Below are positions 27,501 to 38,715 of a DNA stretch of 64,000 bases, in pieces; positions within the stretch are counted from its first letter, which is position 1; each line of letters begins with the position of its first letter. The stretch is from Pelomyxa schiedti (Eukaryota; Protista; Evosea). The position numbers were made by a program, and so were the translations under genes. Location of the stretch: positions 62,001 to 126,000 of the forward strand of contig JAHLWZ010000809.1 of NCBI GenBank assembly GCA_020536535.1, given 5' to 3'. The notes below the pieces were generated by a model. That model did no database searches. It was not told where the DNA came from and saw only the letters and a list, made by a program, of their open reading frames with translations.

Positions 27501-28328
27501 CTTTTATAAAGTACTCACTTTAGTCAAAGCCAGGAGCAAAGCTGGACCAAGCCGATATAAGTTCTATCATCAAGGATGGTGCAGCTGCCATTGCGACGGC
27601 AAGCAGCAATCTCATGAAATATGCAGCTACCGCACAGGTTTCTTTTTTCTCCCGTCTTCGCTACTGACCCAATCCAGGCCAGCAGACTAGCCTTATGCCA
27701 GGCAGGTAGTGTAAAGTACCGTTCAGATCCTCTCTGGGTGAACTCTCTTATTGCTGCTGCCCAGGTATTTTGTGTGCTCCGACTCAACTGACAGGAGTTA
27801 GGCTGTGGCAGCCAAAGTCGCAGCTTTGGTGGGAGCAGCCAGCAAACCGAATCCCACTGAGGATGAGGTAGTTGCCACGGCAAGCAGTGTGAGTGTTGCA
27901 ACTGCAGCCCTTGTTAATGCTACAAAGCAACGCACTGAAGAAGTCAACAGTGTGGTGAGTTTTTCTCCCCATCCAAGCATCACTCAAAAAACCAAAGGAA
28001 CAACAAAACATGTCCAATGCCGCTAAAGCCGTTGCTGCCTCTACCGTTGCACTTGTTACAGCTGCTAAAAAGGCTCTGGAGCCCGTTGAAGCTGAAGAAG
28101 TGCGACACCATTTCCCCTTAAGTCTCTCTAACCCATTTAGACCGGAACGTCTACTGTCCTTACTGGGTCTGCTGGTGGGTTCGACTGGGAGCTTGAAAAG
28201 CAAATAGAAATCGAAAAAATTGAAGCTCAGCTTCGTAGGGCCAGAACTAACATGCAGAAGGTTACTAATACCCAAACACAAACAAAAAACTAACCCGCAC
28301 ATAGTTGAGGCAACCCGGCAGGTCATAA
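18561..28328 (+). CDS. TLN: Talin
   Basis: FERM F0-F3 (IKTLDGTTRTIMVDD, AKYRYVQKAQSLKTFGITTF, FTLDFGGHDDDY, ISGYVDLI), Ala-rich helical rod, I/LWEQ end (YRSDPLWVNSLIAAA; ELEKQIEIEKIEAQL). Confidence 0.95.
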
Positions 28329-28601
28329 GAACCACCACATTGACCCAAGCCGCACAAATGTACATTTGTACCACTCGACGGAATCGCCCGTTTTTAAAAC
28401 AACACAAAGTCATTTTTTTTGGGTTCACCGCTTTTACTACTTTTGCGTGTATAATGTACATACTTGGCACCCGACGAAATTTATGCCGAAAAGATAGAAG
28501 CGGATGGAAGCCTTCTGGAAGCAGATTACACTAACCACGAAAAGAACCAAGAACCAGTCAGAAAAAAAAACCTCCGTTTGCTCTTGGACAACAAAACATT
28601 T

Positions 28602-29921
28602 TATGGAGGGCGAAGCAGAACAGCTTGTTCGTAGGAGTATCCGTTGCAACGAGGAAAGAATACAAGACCTTGAGAGGGAGCTGATGGAGTTGAGGAGGAG
28701 TATTGCTGAGCGCGAGAAAGAACTGGCTTGTCATTCACTCCTTTCTAAACTCTTCACTTCTGCCATGGACGCTCCTATGCACCGTCAAGAGGTAGGAACT
28801 TTTTTTCCTCTCCTTGTTTCCCTCCTGCTGGTTAATGACGGAATGCCGACAATAGGAGAGCTCAGAATCCAGTGACGAGGAAGCTTTGTTATTCTTGAAG
28901 CAGATTACTGATATTCTCCCTAGTTCATGGTGGGAATAGAGGCGGTTTTCTATACGCCACGCTAACAAATTGTAGGCAATATCCCGATATCTGTTGTGCT
29001 AAGTTGGAATGGGGAAAGCATGCAATAACAACCGAAAACTTCCAGGAGTCCAAGTGGCAACAGAGTGCAGACATATGGGTCACATCCCCTACCCATAATG
29101 GGGCACCAAAGCTCCGTGTAAAGAGGACCAAATGCGGAAGGATCCAAATATTTTACACCGAGGAAAGACCTGCAGTATACCCACTGACTTCGAAACACAC
29201 AATCACACAACTCCAAACACAACCAAATACACCCGAGGCAACCTCCACCCCCACAAACACACAGCCAGAAGAGAGTGAAACGGCTTTACATCCAGAACCA
29301 AGGGAAGACTCAAGTGTACATCTATCTCCTTTTATGCCAGAAGAGCAGAATCTTCTGAATATTGTTGCAGAGAGAGTAGGAAACTACCTCACACAACTTG
29401 CTAACCAACACCAGTCTGACTCCATTTCCAATTCCACAGAACCCAGTGTCACATCATCAACTGATTCAGAATCCAATTGTCTTCCATGCCCCTGCAACTT
29501 CTTTCAAAAACTAACGGCAGTTGCCTTACATCAGGCAAAGACCAACGCCAAGAAAGGAAGAGGGAGCAGGAATTTGTAAAAAAATACAATATACCATCGT
29601 CATCACTTCAGATTACTGCACCGATTCCCCCAAGTGCCAGATCAAACATCCAGTATTTGCCTTCAGCTAAGTCGAGGAACTCCATCTTTCGATGGAAGCG
29701 TCCATCGATGCTTCTCCGTTCTTTCCGCGTCATCTGTCGATGGAAGCTTCGATCCGCAGATGGTTTTTCCTGGAACCAAAAAAGAACAGCAACGAGTTCG
29801 GGAAAGAAAAAAAACAAAAACGAAAACAAACAACCACAAAGAACAAACACCCAACAACAACAGCACAATAAACAACCCAATACAAAGCACCTACCAAAAT
29901 AAAACAACAACACAGGAATGA
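28602..29921 (+). CDS. Hypothetical protein with N-terminal coiled coil (3' end uncertain)
   Basis: ORFs 28504-28875 (EERIQDLERELMELRRSIAEREKEL), 29004-29579 and 29634-29921 appear joinable by GT-AG introns. Confidence 0.4.
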
Positions 29922-31776
29922 GCACTTCGTTTTCGTCATTCAACATGAGCAATGCCACCAACTCGTCGTCCTCGTCGCCAGCCGAGCTGGTCCTCACGCC
30001 CGGCGATACTGCCATCGTCCTTATTTCCGCTGCTTTGGTGTGTCTGATGACCCCCGGGCTGGCTTTCTTCTACGGAGGACTCGTTAGGAGAAAAAACGTG
30101 TTGAACATCATGTTGCAGAACTTTATTAGTATGGGCCTGGTGACAAGTACGGTTTTTTTCGGTTTCTTTCGTGTTTTGCTTATTTAAGATTCTAGCGATA
30201 TGGTATTTGGGAGGATTCAGCTTGGCTTTCGGTGATAGTAAAGGAGGAATTATTGGCTCGCTGGAGTACTTCGGACTCAGGAAGGTGGGAATGACACCAA
30301 ATCCCGACTACGGTGCAACAATTCCTTTCCTGGCTTTTTTCGTGTTCCAGGTATATGAGTGAGCCTGAGTTTTTCTTCTTCCCTTGCACTCATACTCAAT
30401 CCAGGAAATGTTCGCCATCATCACTCCTGCACTAATTACTGGTGCTATTGCTGAGCGTGTAACATTCTCTGCATGGACCATTTTCATGGCCCTATGGTCA
30501 ATTTTGGTTTACATACCTGGTATGCCCTCTTGATTACTGTAATGCTCTCGAACTCATCAACTCCAGTGTGCCACTGGGTGTGGGGTTACGGCTTCATGTA
30601 TGATTGGGGTGTCCACGATTTTGCTGGTGGATTGGTTGTACATTGCACAGCTGGGATGAGTGCTCTGGCTGGTGTACTCGTGATTGGACGGAGAAAGATA
30701 GTCGGTGAGAGTGGACCCCACAATGTAGCCTATGTGGCTCTGGGAACTGGACTTCTATGGTTCGGGTGGTTCGGTTTCAACGGTGGCTCTGCCCTGGCTG
30801 CAAACGGCGATGCTGCAATGGTTTGACCTTCGTATCTTTCTGGCCGCTAATATACTTTTAGGCATGGGTCACAACAGATGTAGCAGGTTCTTCTGCCATG
30901 ATGGTCTGGGTAGTTTTGGATCTCATCAAAAGCAAGAAGCCTAGTATGGTGGGCATGCTCACTGGAGGTGTTGCTGGTCTGGCAACAGTTACCCCGTGTG
31001 CTGGATGTAAGTTCCGCTCAGTGAGTACCACTTTGTAATCAGTTACAGTTATAAGACCCTGGGCCGGTTTTGTGATTGGTTTGCTAGCCTCTCTCATATC
31101 ATACGGTGCCGTCATTATCAAGACCAGAGTTGGATGGGATGATGCACTTGGTACGAGATATTCAGTTCTTTATCACAGCTCACCAACCACAGATGTCTGG
31201 GCTTGTCACGGAGTTGGTGGAATCATGGGAAGCATCCTTCTTGGAGTTTTTGCTCAAGAGGAGGTCAATGGCGTGTCTGGCCTCATTGAAGGAAATGGAT
31301 ATCAATTTGGCATACAAATTGCGGCTGCCTGTATAATCGGCGCTTGGTCCGTCTTGGTCACAGTGGTTTTACTGCTGGTAATCAACATAGGAATAAAGAT
31401 ACGTGTATCAGAAGATGCCGAAATGGTGGGATTGGATATTCTTACAACTGCTGATCACGGAGCCTACGATTATGACAGAGATGGAGGAGCACTGGCTGAC
31501 ATGGCCGGCACAGGCGGTGCACAAGATCCCCTTGGATCAGCTTCTGCAGTGGTAGGCACTTCCAATGAAGGTGCTATTTCAGACGCATCCAGTGGCACAG
31601 AGATGCTACCAGTTCACAGTGACAAGGAGCCCAGTGACGAAGAGAACCAAAAGGGAAAGAAAGACAAGGAAAAGGACAAAGATAAAGACAAGGACAGAAA
31701 AGGCAAATCAAGAAAGTCCAAAGATCAGTCCTCATCCAGTGAAAAAGAGAGACGGAGGGATAAGCACGCCCACTGA
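29918..31776 (+). CDS. amt: Ammonium transporter (Amt/Mep family)
   Basis: [62 protein letters not shown]; twin-His present. Confidence 0.96.
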
Positions 31777-32316
31777 GCTTGTATAAAAAAAGAAATGCCT
31801 GTGGTTTTTTATTTGTTTTAGTGAAGAATATACAACCCCTTTTTTCCTTGCTTAGAGAAACAAATATAATTACGTGCAAACAAAAGATGTAGCACGGTGC
31901 ACCACCAAACGAGGGTGAATGGAAAAAATTGTGGAGCACTACTAAGAACAACGGTGTTCTCTTTGTTTTTTACGAAAAAATAAAAAAAAACAGAAAAAAA
32001 AAAACAAAAAAAAAACAAAAAAAACAAAAACAAACAAAAACAAACAAGAATAAAAAAACCACAAACAAGCAGAGCCACAGTAACTAAACAAGAAGAATAA
32101 CCAAAAAAAATGAGTACGATGACAAGAGAGTGGAGCGCAGACGTTCTGTCTCAAAACGACGCTTTCGATATGTGGTCTTTCGAGGGTCTCATAGTCAACG
32201 TAGTCGGTTTTCCGATCTCCATCCTCTTCGCCTTTCACCTCGGTTTTGTGGGTACGTCTTTATTTTTCGCTCGTACGCGGATCTGAAAAAAAAAAAAAGA
32301 GACGTTGAGATGTTGC

Positions 32317-32878
32317 ATGCCTACGAGAGAGGACAACTCCTGGCGAGTTTACGGACTCCACGTTCTCAGTCTCCCCATAAGGTTCGTTTTTTTTTTTTCT
32401 TGCCTTGTGACTAACCTTTATTCATTCACCTTTAGGTTGGCAGTGGCGATAGTGCTGATTGCGGCAGTGCTTCCATTCTCGATTGTGAATCTGTTACTCA
32501 TTATGCCTCTCAAGTGCCTCCTCAATGCGTCAAAGTGCACGGCCAATCGCGACAATTCGTTTGGAACTGAGGCTTCCCACAATGCCGCTAGTGAAAATCA
32601 CGCGAGCCCCAGTTGCTACCCAAGCGCGTGCACCTGGAGCCCTCTGGTTTTCTCCAAAGAACAAGAAAACCGAGCCAAAATTCACGGGTACGCATTTCTA
32701 TCTTCTATTTCCTCCTTCCCTATCACCAATTTTCTCATTTTATTTTTTTCCTAGGTGCAAACACCTCCTGCAATTGATTTGTTGCACTGTTGTGGTTGGA
32801 AATAGGCCGTACACGGCGTGTCCTGTTTGCTGTTCACCAAAGCGTACTTTCTCTCCAGCACTCATGTACCACGTATAA
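32317..32878 (+). CDS. Small Cys-rich single-pass membrane protein, unknown function
   Basis: Two GT-AG introns join an open frame MPTREDN...LAVAIVLIAAVLPFSIVNLLLI...ICCTVV...CPVCC. Confidence 0.5.
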
Positions 32879-32983
32879 TCACCAACAAAAAGCACCCATT
32901 CCCTCTGGGTAGCATGTAGAAACCAACAAATTATAAAAAAAAAGACTTTTGTTTTATGACTGCTTTTCTTATTGTGTTGGTTT

Positions 32984-35120
32984 TTAGAGTATCATGTCAG
33001 CCAATAGGTAAGGCTGGTTTGAGTGCCACTCCTCAATCCACTGGTCAATGTTGTCCCGCATTGTGTCTCGAGCACTAACTACAGACGCGGGATCAAGGGG
33101 ATTGGGTGTGCGGAGGTCCAAGTGGTGGGCCGCATCTGCTTCTACCAAACATACTTGGCTTGGCACTTGTGATGTCTGAACGCCTCCTGGTTTGAAGATA
33201 AGAGAACGAAGTGATGGAGAGTTAGTTACCCGAGCGCCAGGGGTCAAGTACACCATTGGTGAAAACAATATTAGTCCCGGTTACTTTTCCACCAAAACCT
33301 GTGTAGTACAGAGGTACCCTTATTGGGGTAAGAAGAGGTTTCATTCTTTTTGATGCATTATTACCACAGCGGTCGTGGGGTAATGCCAAATACGTTCTGG
33401 CAATAAGTGGTAAAACTGTCTAAGTTGAAGTAACCTGGCAGGAACATATCACTTGTCCCATTTGAAGATATTGGCATTACCATTTCAGTGCATTCTGTGG
33501 ATTAATAAACAACAACATTACTTTTATTACAGGAAACCTTGGAAATACCAGGGAAGGTAGGCCAATGACGAGGTTCCATATGCCGATAGGTCATTGCATG
33601 CGATAGTGTTCTCCCAATTATAGTAAACAGAGAGAGCCGCAGCGACACCCTCTAAGAGACCTCCCGACTTCTACACAATTAGCAAAGAAAAATGATAAAT
33701 ACCTACCTTGGCTGCAGCAAGCTCCTGGCAAGATACAGAAACAGGCCACGCAGGCAGTGGCATAAGGAAATTTGCTATGATTCGATGAACAAATAAGCAA
33801 TAATGATAGTAAATACCATCATATGGATAGTCAACCATTGCCATGCTTATAAATCCCTGAAAACTGGTCAGATTAAACAGGTAGAAAAATAATACATTTG
33901 ACATCCACGAATACAATGTTTCCACATCAGAACTGGTTTGAAGTGGATCACACGTGTTGAATGTTGTAGACAAATTAGCACGGCCTTCGGGAGTGTTTCC
34001 CAGGTCCATCACCAAATCAAAGGAAGTCCGTATATCCACTGGACATTGAGGATCTGCACTTCTAAATGTCTCTGTTGTTATCTTTTGTTCTGTTTGAGGA
34101 TGCTGAACGTCGACGAGTTTGGTACCTGGTAGTACGACCATTGGGAAACTCCTGTGCCCATGAATTCCAGAATAGGGCCAGATGACGAGATGGCACCGGC
34201 TACAATCTGCGGGTATTTCATTCTCATCCACGCTGAGAGCATTCCTCCGTATGAACCTAATAGAATAAATTATTGGGCAGGGAAGAATCCTACCTCCAAA
34301 TGCAATAACTGGACATGACATAGCATTGAGGCTCTGCTTCAAATACGATATGAGTTCGGCATAATCAGCCAAAGCCTAATAAAGTAAGCAACATTGACCT
34401 GACCTGGGTCAACTTCAAACTACCTGCTCAGAGGTGAAATAACCAGTGTTCTCTCTAGTGAAACTCATATTTCCGAAGGGTAAGGATTTCCCATAATAAC
34501 GGTGCTCACCAAATACAACTAGTGCTTGGTACTCCTTTAAATGGTAGTTTACTGACTAGTGGGATTGGTCTATTGGATTCACTTGAGAAAGTGTCTCAGT
34601 CAAGAAACCAGTATTATTCCAAAACCACTCAATGTCACCCTCATTGCCTAGTTCAATTTTGGTTTATTTATTGCAAATTGGAAAGTGACCTGTGTAAAAG
34701 AGGATGGGCCCTTTGCATACGTTCCCAACAGGTTTCAGCCAGAACTTATCTGGGGAGTACTAAGAGGAGAGTGGAGTAGAGCGCAAACAAACTTACCCAT
34801 TATTAAGTATCGCAGTTCGAAAGTATCTGGAACAGTCCGCCAGTTGAAGTGATCCAACGTGCAGTCATAATACTTTTCTTCATATTCCGACTGTACTTCT
34901 ACAAAGAATGAACACCAGAGAAAGAATAGGGGAAAAAGAAAAAGGGGGGAAAAAAAAAAAGAAGAAAGAGGACAAGGCCAGGAAAATGACTTTGTTTGCT
35001 AGGTCCCGCATGTGGGGGACGCATCAAAACAGGTGGACGTGTGACGAACAGAGATTCAGCAGCACCCGCAAAACACGACACAACCGCACACGCCAACAAG
35101 ATCTCCCTCACAACACCCAT
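32984..35120 (-). CDS. PRCP: Lysosomal Pro-X carboxypeptidase (peptidase S28)
   Basis: Signal peptide, [48 protein letters not shown]. Confidence 0.93.
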
Positions 35121-35252
35121 CAACGTCCCCTGATTGTTTTTCTTTGTGTGAGTGAACAATCACGTTAACGTAACATCGTTCCTCTAATCTACGGAAATTA
35201 GCACTTTTTTGATTGTGACGGGACGTTGATCAAAATCAAATAATAACAAAAG

Positions 35253-38200
35253 ATGTCCAACCATGAAGAAGAGCAAGCAGGTTGGTACTCTGTTGTAATT
35301 TATGCAATGGGCACATGTATTTTTGTAGTATATATAAAAATAAAATCAATAATAAATATTTCAATACAGCCTCTGCTCATGAAGAACCGGAAGATTCGAA
35401 CACGAAATTGAGAGGGATGGTTGTTGAAGAACTGGTAACTACAGAAAAAAAGGTACCAGTATTAATTTCAAAACCGTAACTCACACTTCAACCTTTGGTA
35501 CTTCGTATTTCCACTGTTCCTCCTGTCAGTATTTGGAAGATTTGTACACACTGATAGTTTAGTATGGCCTTCCGTGTATTATAGTAAACTTAAAATTACT
35601 AGTTATGTCCGGCCAATAAGAACTCAATTTCCTGAGTTACTTCAGACTGCCCAAATGGTAACGGTGCCCACAAACTTTTTTTTTTTGATTGCAGTTCAAT
35701 TTAAGGGATCTGTTCTTGCTGAGTTCTCGACTGCCCAGTTGATTTTTGACTTGAACACTGATTTGTATTCAGAATTATCTAAAGCGTATTCCGAGAGTGA
35801 TGATTCTACCATTGGACAGATTTTTCTAAAAATGGTCTGTGTAAGCACCCAAGGTAACACACTTATAATAACATAGGCATCACAATGGGATTACTACGCT
35901 GTTTACTGCAACCACCAAGAAGATGCAGTTAGCAAGCTTGAAACACTGGAAAGCTCAAATGCTCAATTCAGCACTTTTTTGCAGGTTAAAATAGGCTTTC
36001 CACAAATCAAAAGTCACGATGTTTCTTCCTACTATAGAAATGCCGTGCTGGAACTCATGAGAAACTTCGGCTGCAAGACTTTGTGGTGAAACCTTTTCAA
36101 AGATTGCTGAAATATCCACTGCTCTTACAAGTACTATCTTTTCTTCAACTTTGTTATTTATTTCATTTTCTCTCTAAACCAATATGTTCAGTCCTTGCTC
36201 AAGTATACATCACCCACACACAGTGACTATGATAACATTTCCAAAGCTTTGCAGTCCATGGAGGCCACAATCAGCGCAATTAATACCAATAAAACCCATT
36301 CAGATAACCTTAAAAAACTTCTGTTAATAAACTCATTAGTGGTCTCTGGAAAGGTTTGTCATACCTATAGAGTGCGCCTCTCTAATCAATCAAAAAAGCA
36401 CTTCACTTTTGTGCAACCTGACAGAAAATATGTTATGGAAGGAAATCTGACAAAAATTTGCAACAAACCACGGCAACGCAAATGCTTTCTTTTTTCTGAT
36501 GCAGTACGAAAATAATCAACATTTGCATGTAACTTACAGAGCCTCTCACAATCACCTCTGTAGTTTGTTTACTGTAAGGAACTGATGTCCGGCAAACTTA
36601 AAGTTGGTGGCGTGATATTGATAGAGGATTTGGAGATTGAAGATATTCCCGACACAAAAAGTGAGTGAAAACTGCCCAGCTTGTAATGCAACTAAATTTC
36701 CTTCTTTTTTGCAGCTTATTCCAATGCGTTGAAGTTCATTCATGAAGACAAATGTGAGTCTTCAACCAAATCCAAACCGAGTACCCGCATTCACATCATA
36801 TGCTGCTCTGACACCTTTGAAAAGGGAACATGGCTAAAAGCTTTATTGTATCTCACAATTGAATTCGACATATTAACTGGAAAAACTGCAGGGATCTCAA
36901 GCAACCAAATCAATCCAAGCAACTTCGAAGGACGAGCTCTGAGGCCTGTCCTTCACACACCACAACACCCCCGAAGCTCTCACCTACAATGTCATTGCCC
37001 TCTACCGATTTCCGGTGTGTAGCTACACTTTTCCTTCCTCCCTTATAGCATTTTATTCACTGGCCACAAGAAATTTAAATGATCAAGTGAAATCTAGGGC
37101 TTACTCCACTCCCCCACCGGTTCAGGTAAAAATTTGACACCGTGCTATCTGTGTGTATTCATTATTCCAGATGAACCCTGTCAAGGCAGTTGAAATATCA
37201 ACGGAAATCGATAATGTTGAGCCAATGCAATCTCGTGAAGGGGACCCCAGCAACATCGAGTGCTGTGAAGGCACCTGCACTCCATCCAAACCCCCGTCTA
37301 AACCTCCTCCTGAGCTCCCTTTCCATCGAATCACCAAGAGTAGTTCTCTGGGAGAACTAAAATCCAGAGGATTGCTGCCTGGACTCCCGCTAGAGGATGC
37401 TGCTCCACAGTCACCTTCAGGAGCCAGTCTGGTTACTCCACAGTTAGGTGACAAAATCTTGCCCTCCACAGACAACACACAGGCACCACTAGCAGAAGGG
37501 GTTGTTGCTTCTACTACTGTGGCCAGGCTGCCCAGGAGGGGTCCACCAAACTTGCTCAGACCTGTTAACCCCTCTCTGCAGCACATCTCAATGCAATTAC
37601 AGCAATCACTTAAACTGCGTACAACTCCATTGCAGCGGGCACCATCACCCGATTCCTTGCAGGCGGCAACAATTGACCCTCCAAAGGCACCAACGACATT
37701 GAATGTGCCAACACCGCAGCTGACAGTCTCACCTGTGTCACCCCCCACTACCGAAGACGCACAGCAACCGCCTGTAAATACACCAACGCCAGTGCGGTTC
37801 ACACATAAATCACGTTCCTTTTCCTTTTCCACCTCCCTCCTGCGGCCACTTCCTGCTCCGCAGCTCAAGCAGCCACAAACCCCACACAGCGCAATCACCA
37901 CAACACCCACCCCAACAGAACCGGCACAAGTTGCATTGCCGGTGCCCACCCCACAGCCCCAAACACAAACAACCCCCGCTCCAACAACAACAACAGCAAC
38001 CACAACCACAACACCGGCAACAACAAACAACACGGAAGACACGGCAACCTCGCCCTGTGCCACCCCGCACACATCCCCGACACTCCTGTACACCCCATGC
38101 ACACACAGACCCCAGCCTCCACCAGCAAACATTTCCTCACCCGAATCATCAACCACTGCATCCCATCCCAAGCCAACACCACCACCGAGACTCGGGGGCC

Positions 38201-38316
38201 TATCCTACCCACCACCACCAACAACAACCAACACAGCACCACCCACTCCTTCTGTGAATATCACCACCACTGTACCAACTCCTCAGTCCCGCCCTCATGC
38301 CTCATCTGATATCTGA
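35253..38316 (+). CDS. RhoGEF (DH-PH) with long Pro/Thr-rich C-terminal tail
   Basis: VVEELVTTEKKYLEDL, KPFQRLLKYPLLL..LLKYT...HSDY, PH EGNLTK...RKCFLFSD. Confidence 0.9.
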
Positions 38317-38715
38317 ATCTTTCCGTGCAACTCCATTTTACGACAATTTCCCACCACATCATTTTTTGACAGATTTGAGATTTGAAGTTTTCCTCCCCAC
38401 AAACAAATAAAAAAAAAACATGTTCGTGGGTGACGGTGTTACTGTCGTCTTGTCGGCGCGTAGATCTAGGCGGTTGTTTGGACATCATACGAACCTCTTG
38501 GACGGTACGGTGCTGCCGTTTGTTACTTGTTCTTATCGCTTTCTCTTTCTCCAGAATGCGCACTCGATTCTGTCAGTAGTTTCATCTCGGCTCGCATCTT
38601 CTTGTGTCAACTGCCTCATTTTTCTTCCTCTTCGTTGGTCGTATTCATCTTCATCGCTCAACAGGATTCTCACAGTGGCGGTGTTTTGGGGTGAGTGATG
38701 CGTGTTGTATAGAGC

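Noticed and set aside
29560-29780. Pogo-like transposase echo (FVKKYNIP...DQT...SVDGSFDPQMVFPG)
   Set aside because: Motifs are in different frames, the first lies in a probable 36-nt intron, spacing is too short and no TIRs are seen
29918-29921. Operon-like ATGA stop/start overlap with the Amt gene
   Set aside because: The upstream frame runs through an A/C-rich leader lacking stops, so it is probably coincidental
31960-32110. A-rich CAAAA-type repeats
   Set aside because: Simple low-complexity intergenic sequence common throughout the window
37122-38171. Long antisense ORFs (also 57305-58045, 53515-54078)
   Set aside because: Shadow frames of Pro/Thr/Ser-rich low-complexity exons on the opposite strand
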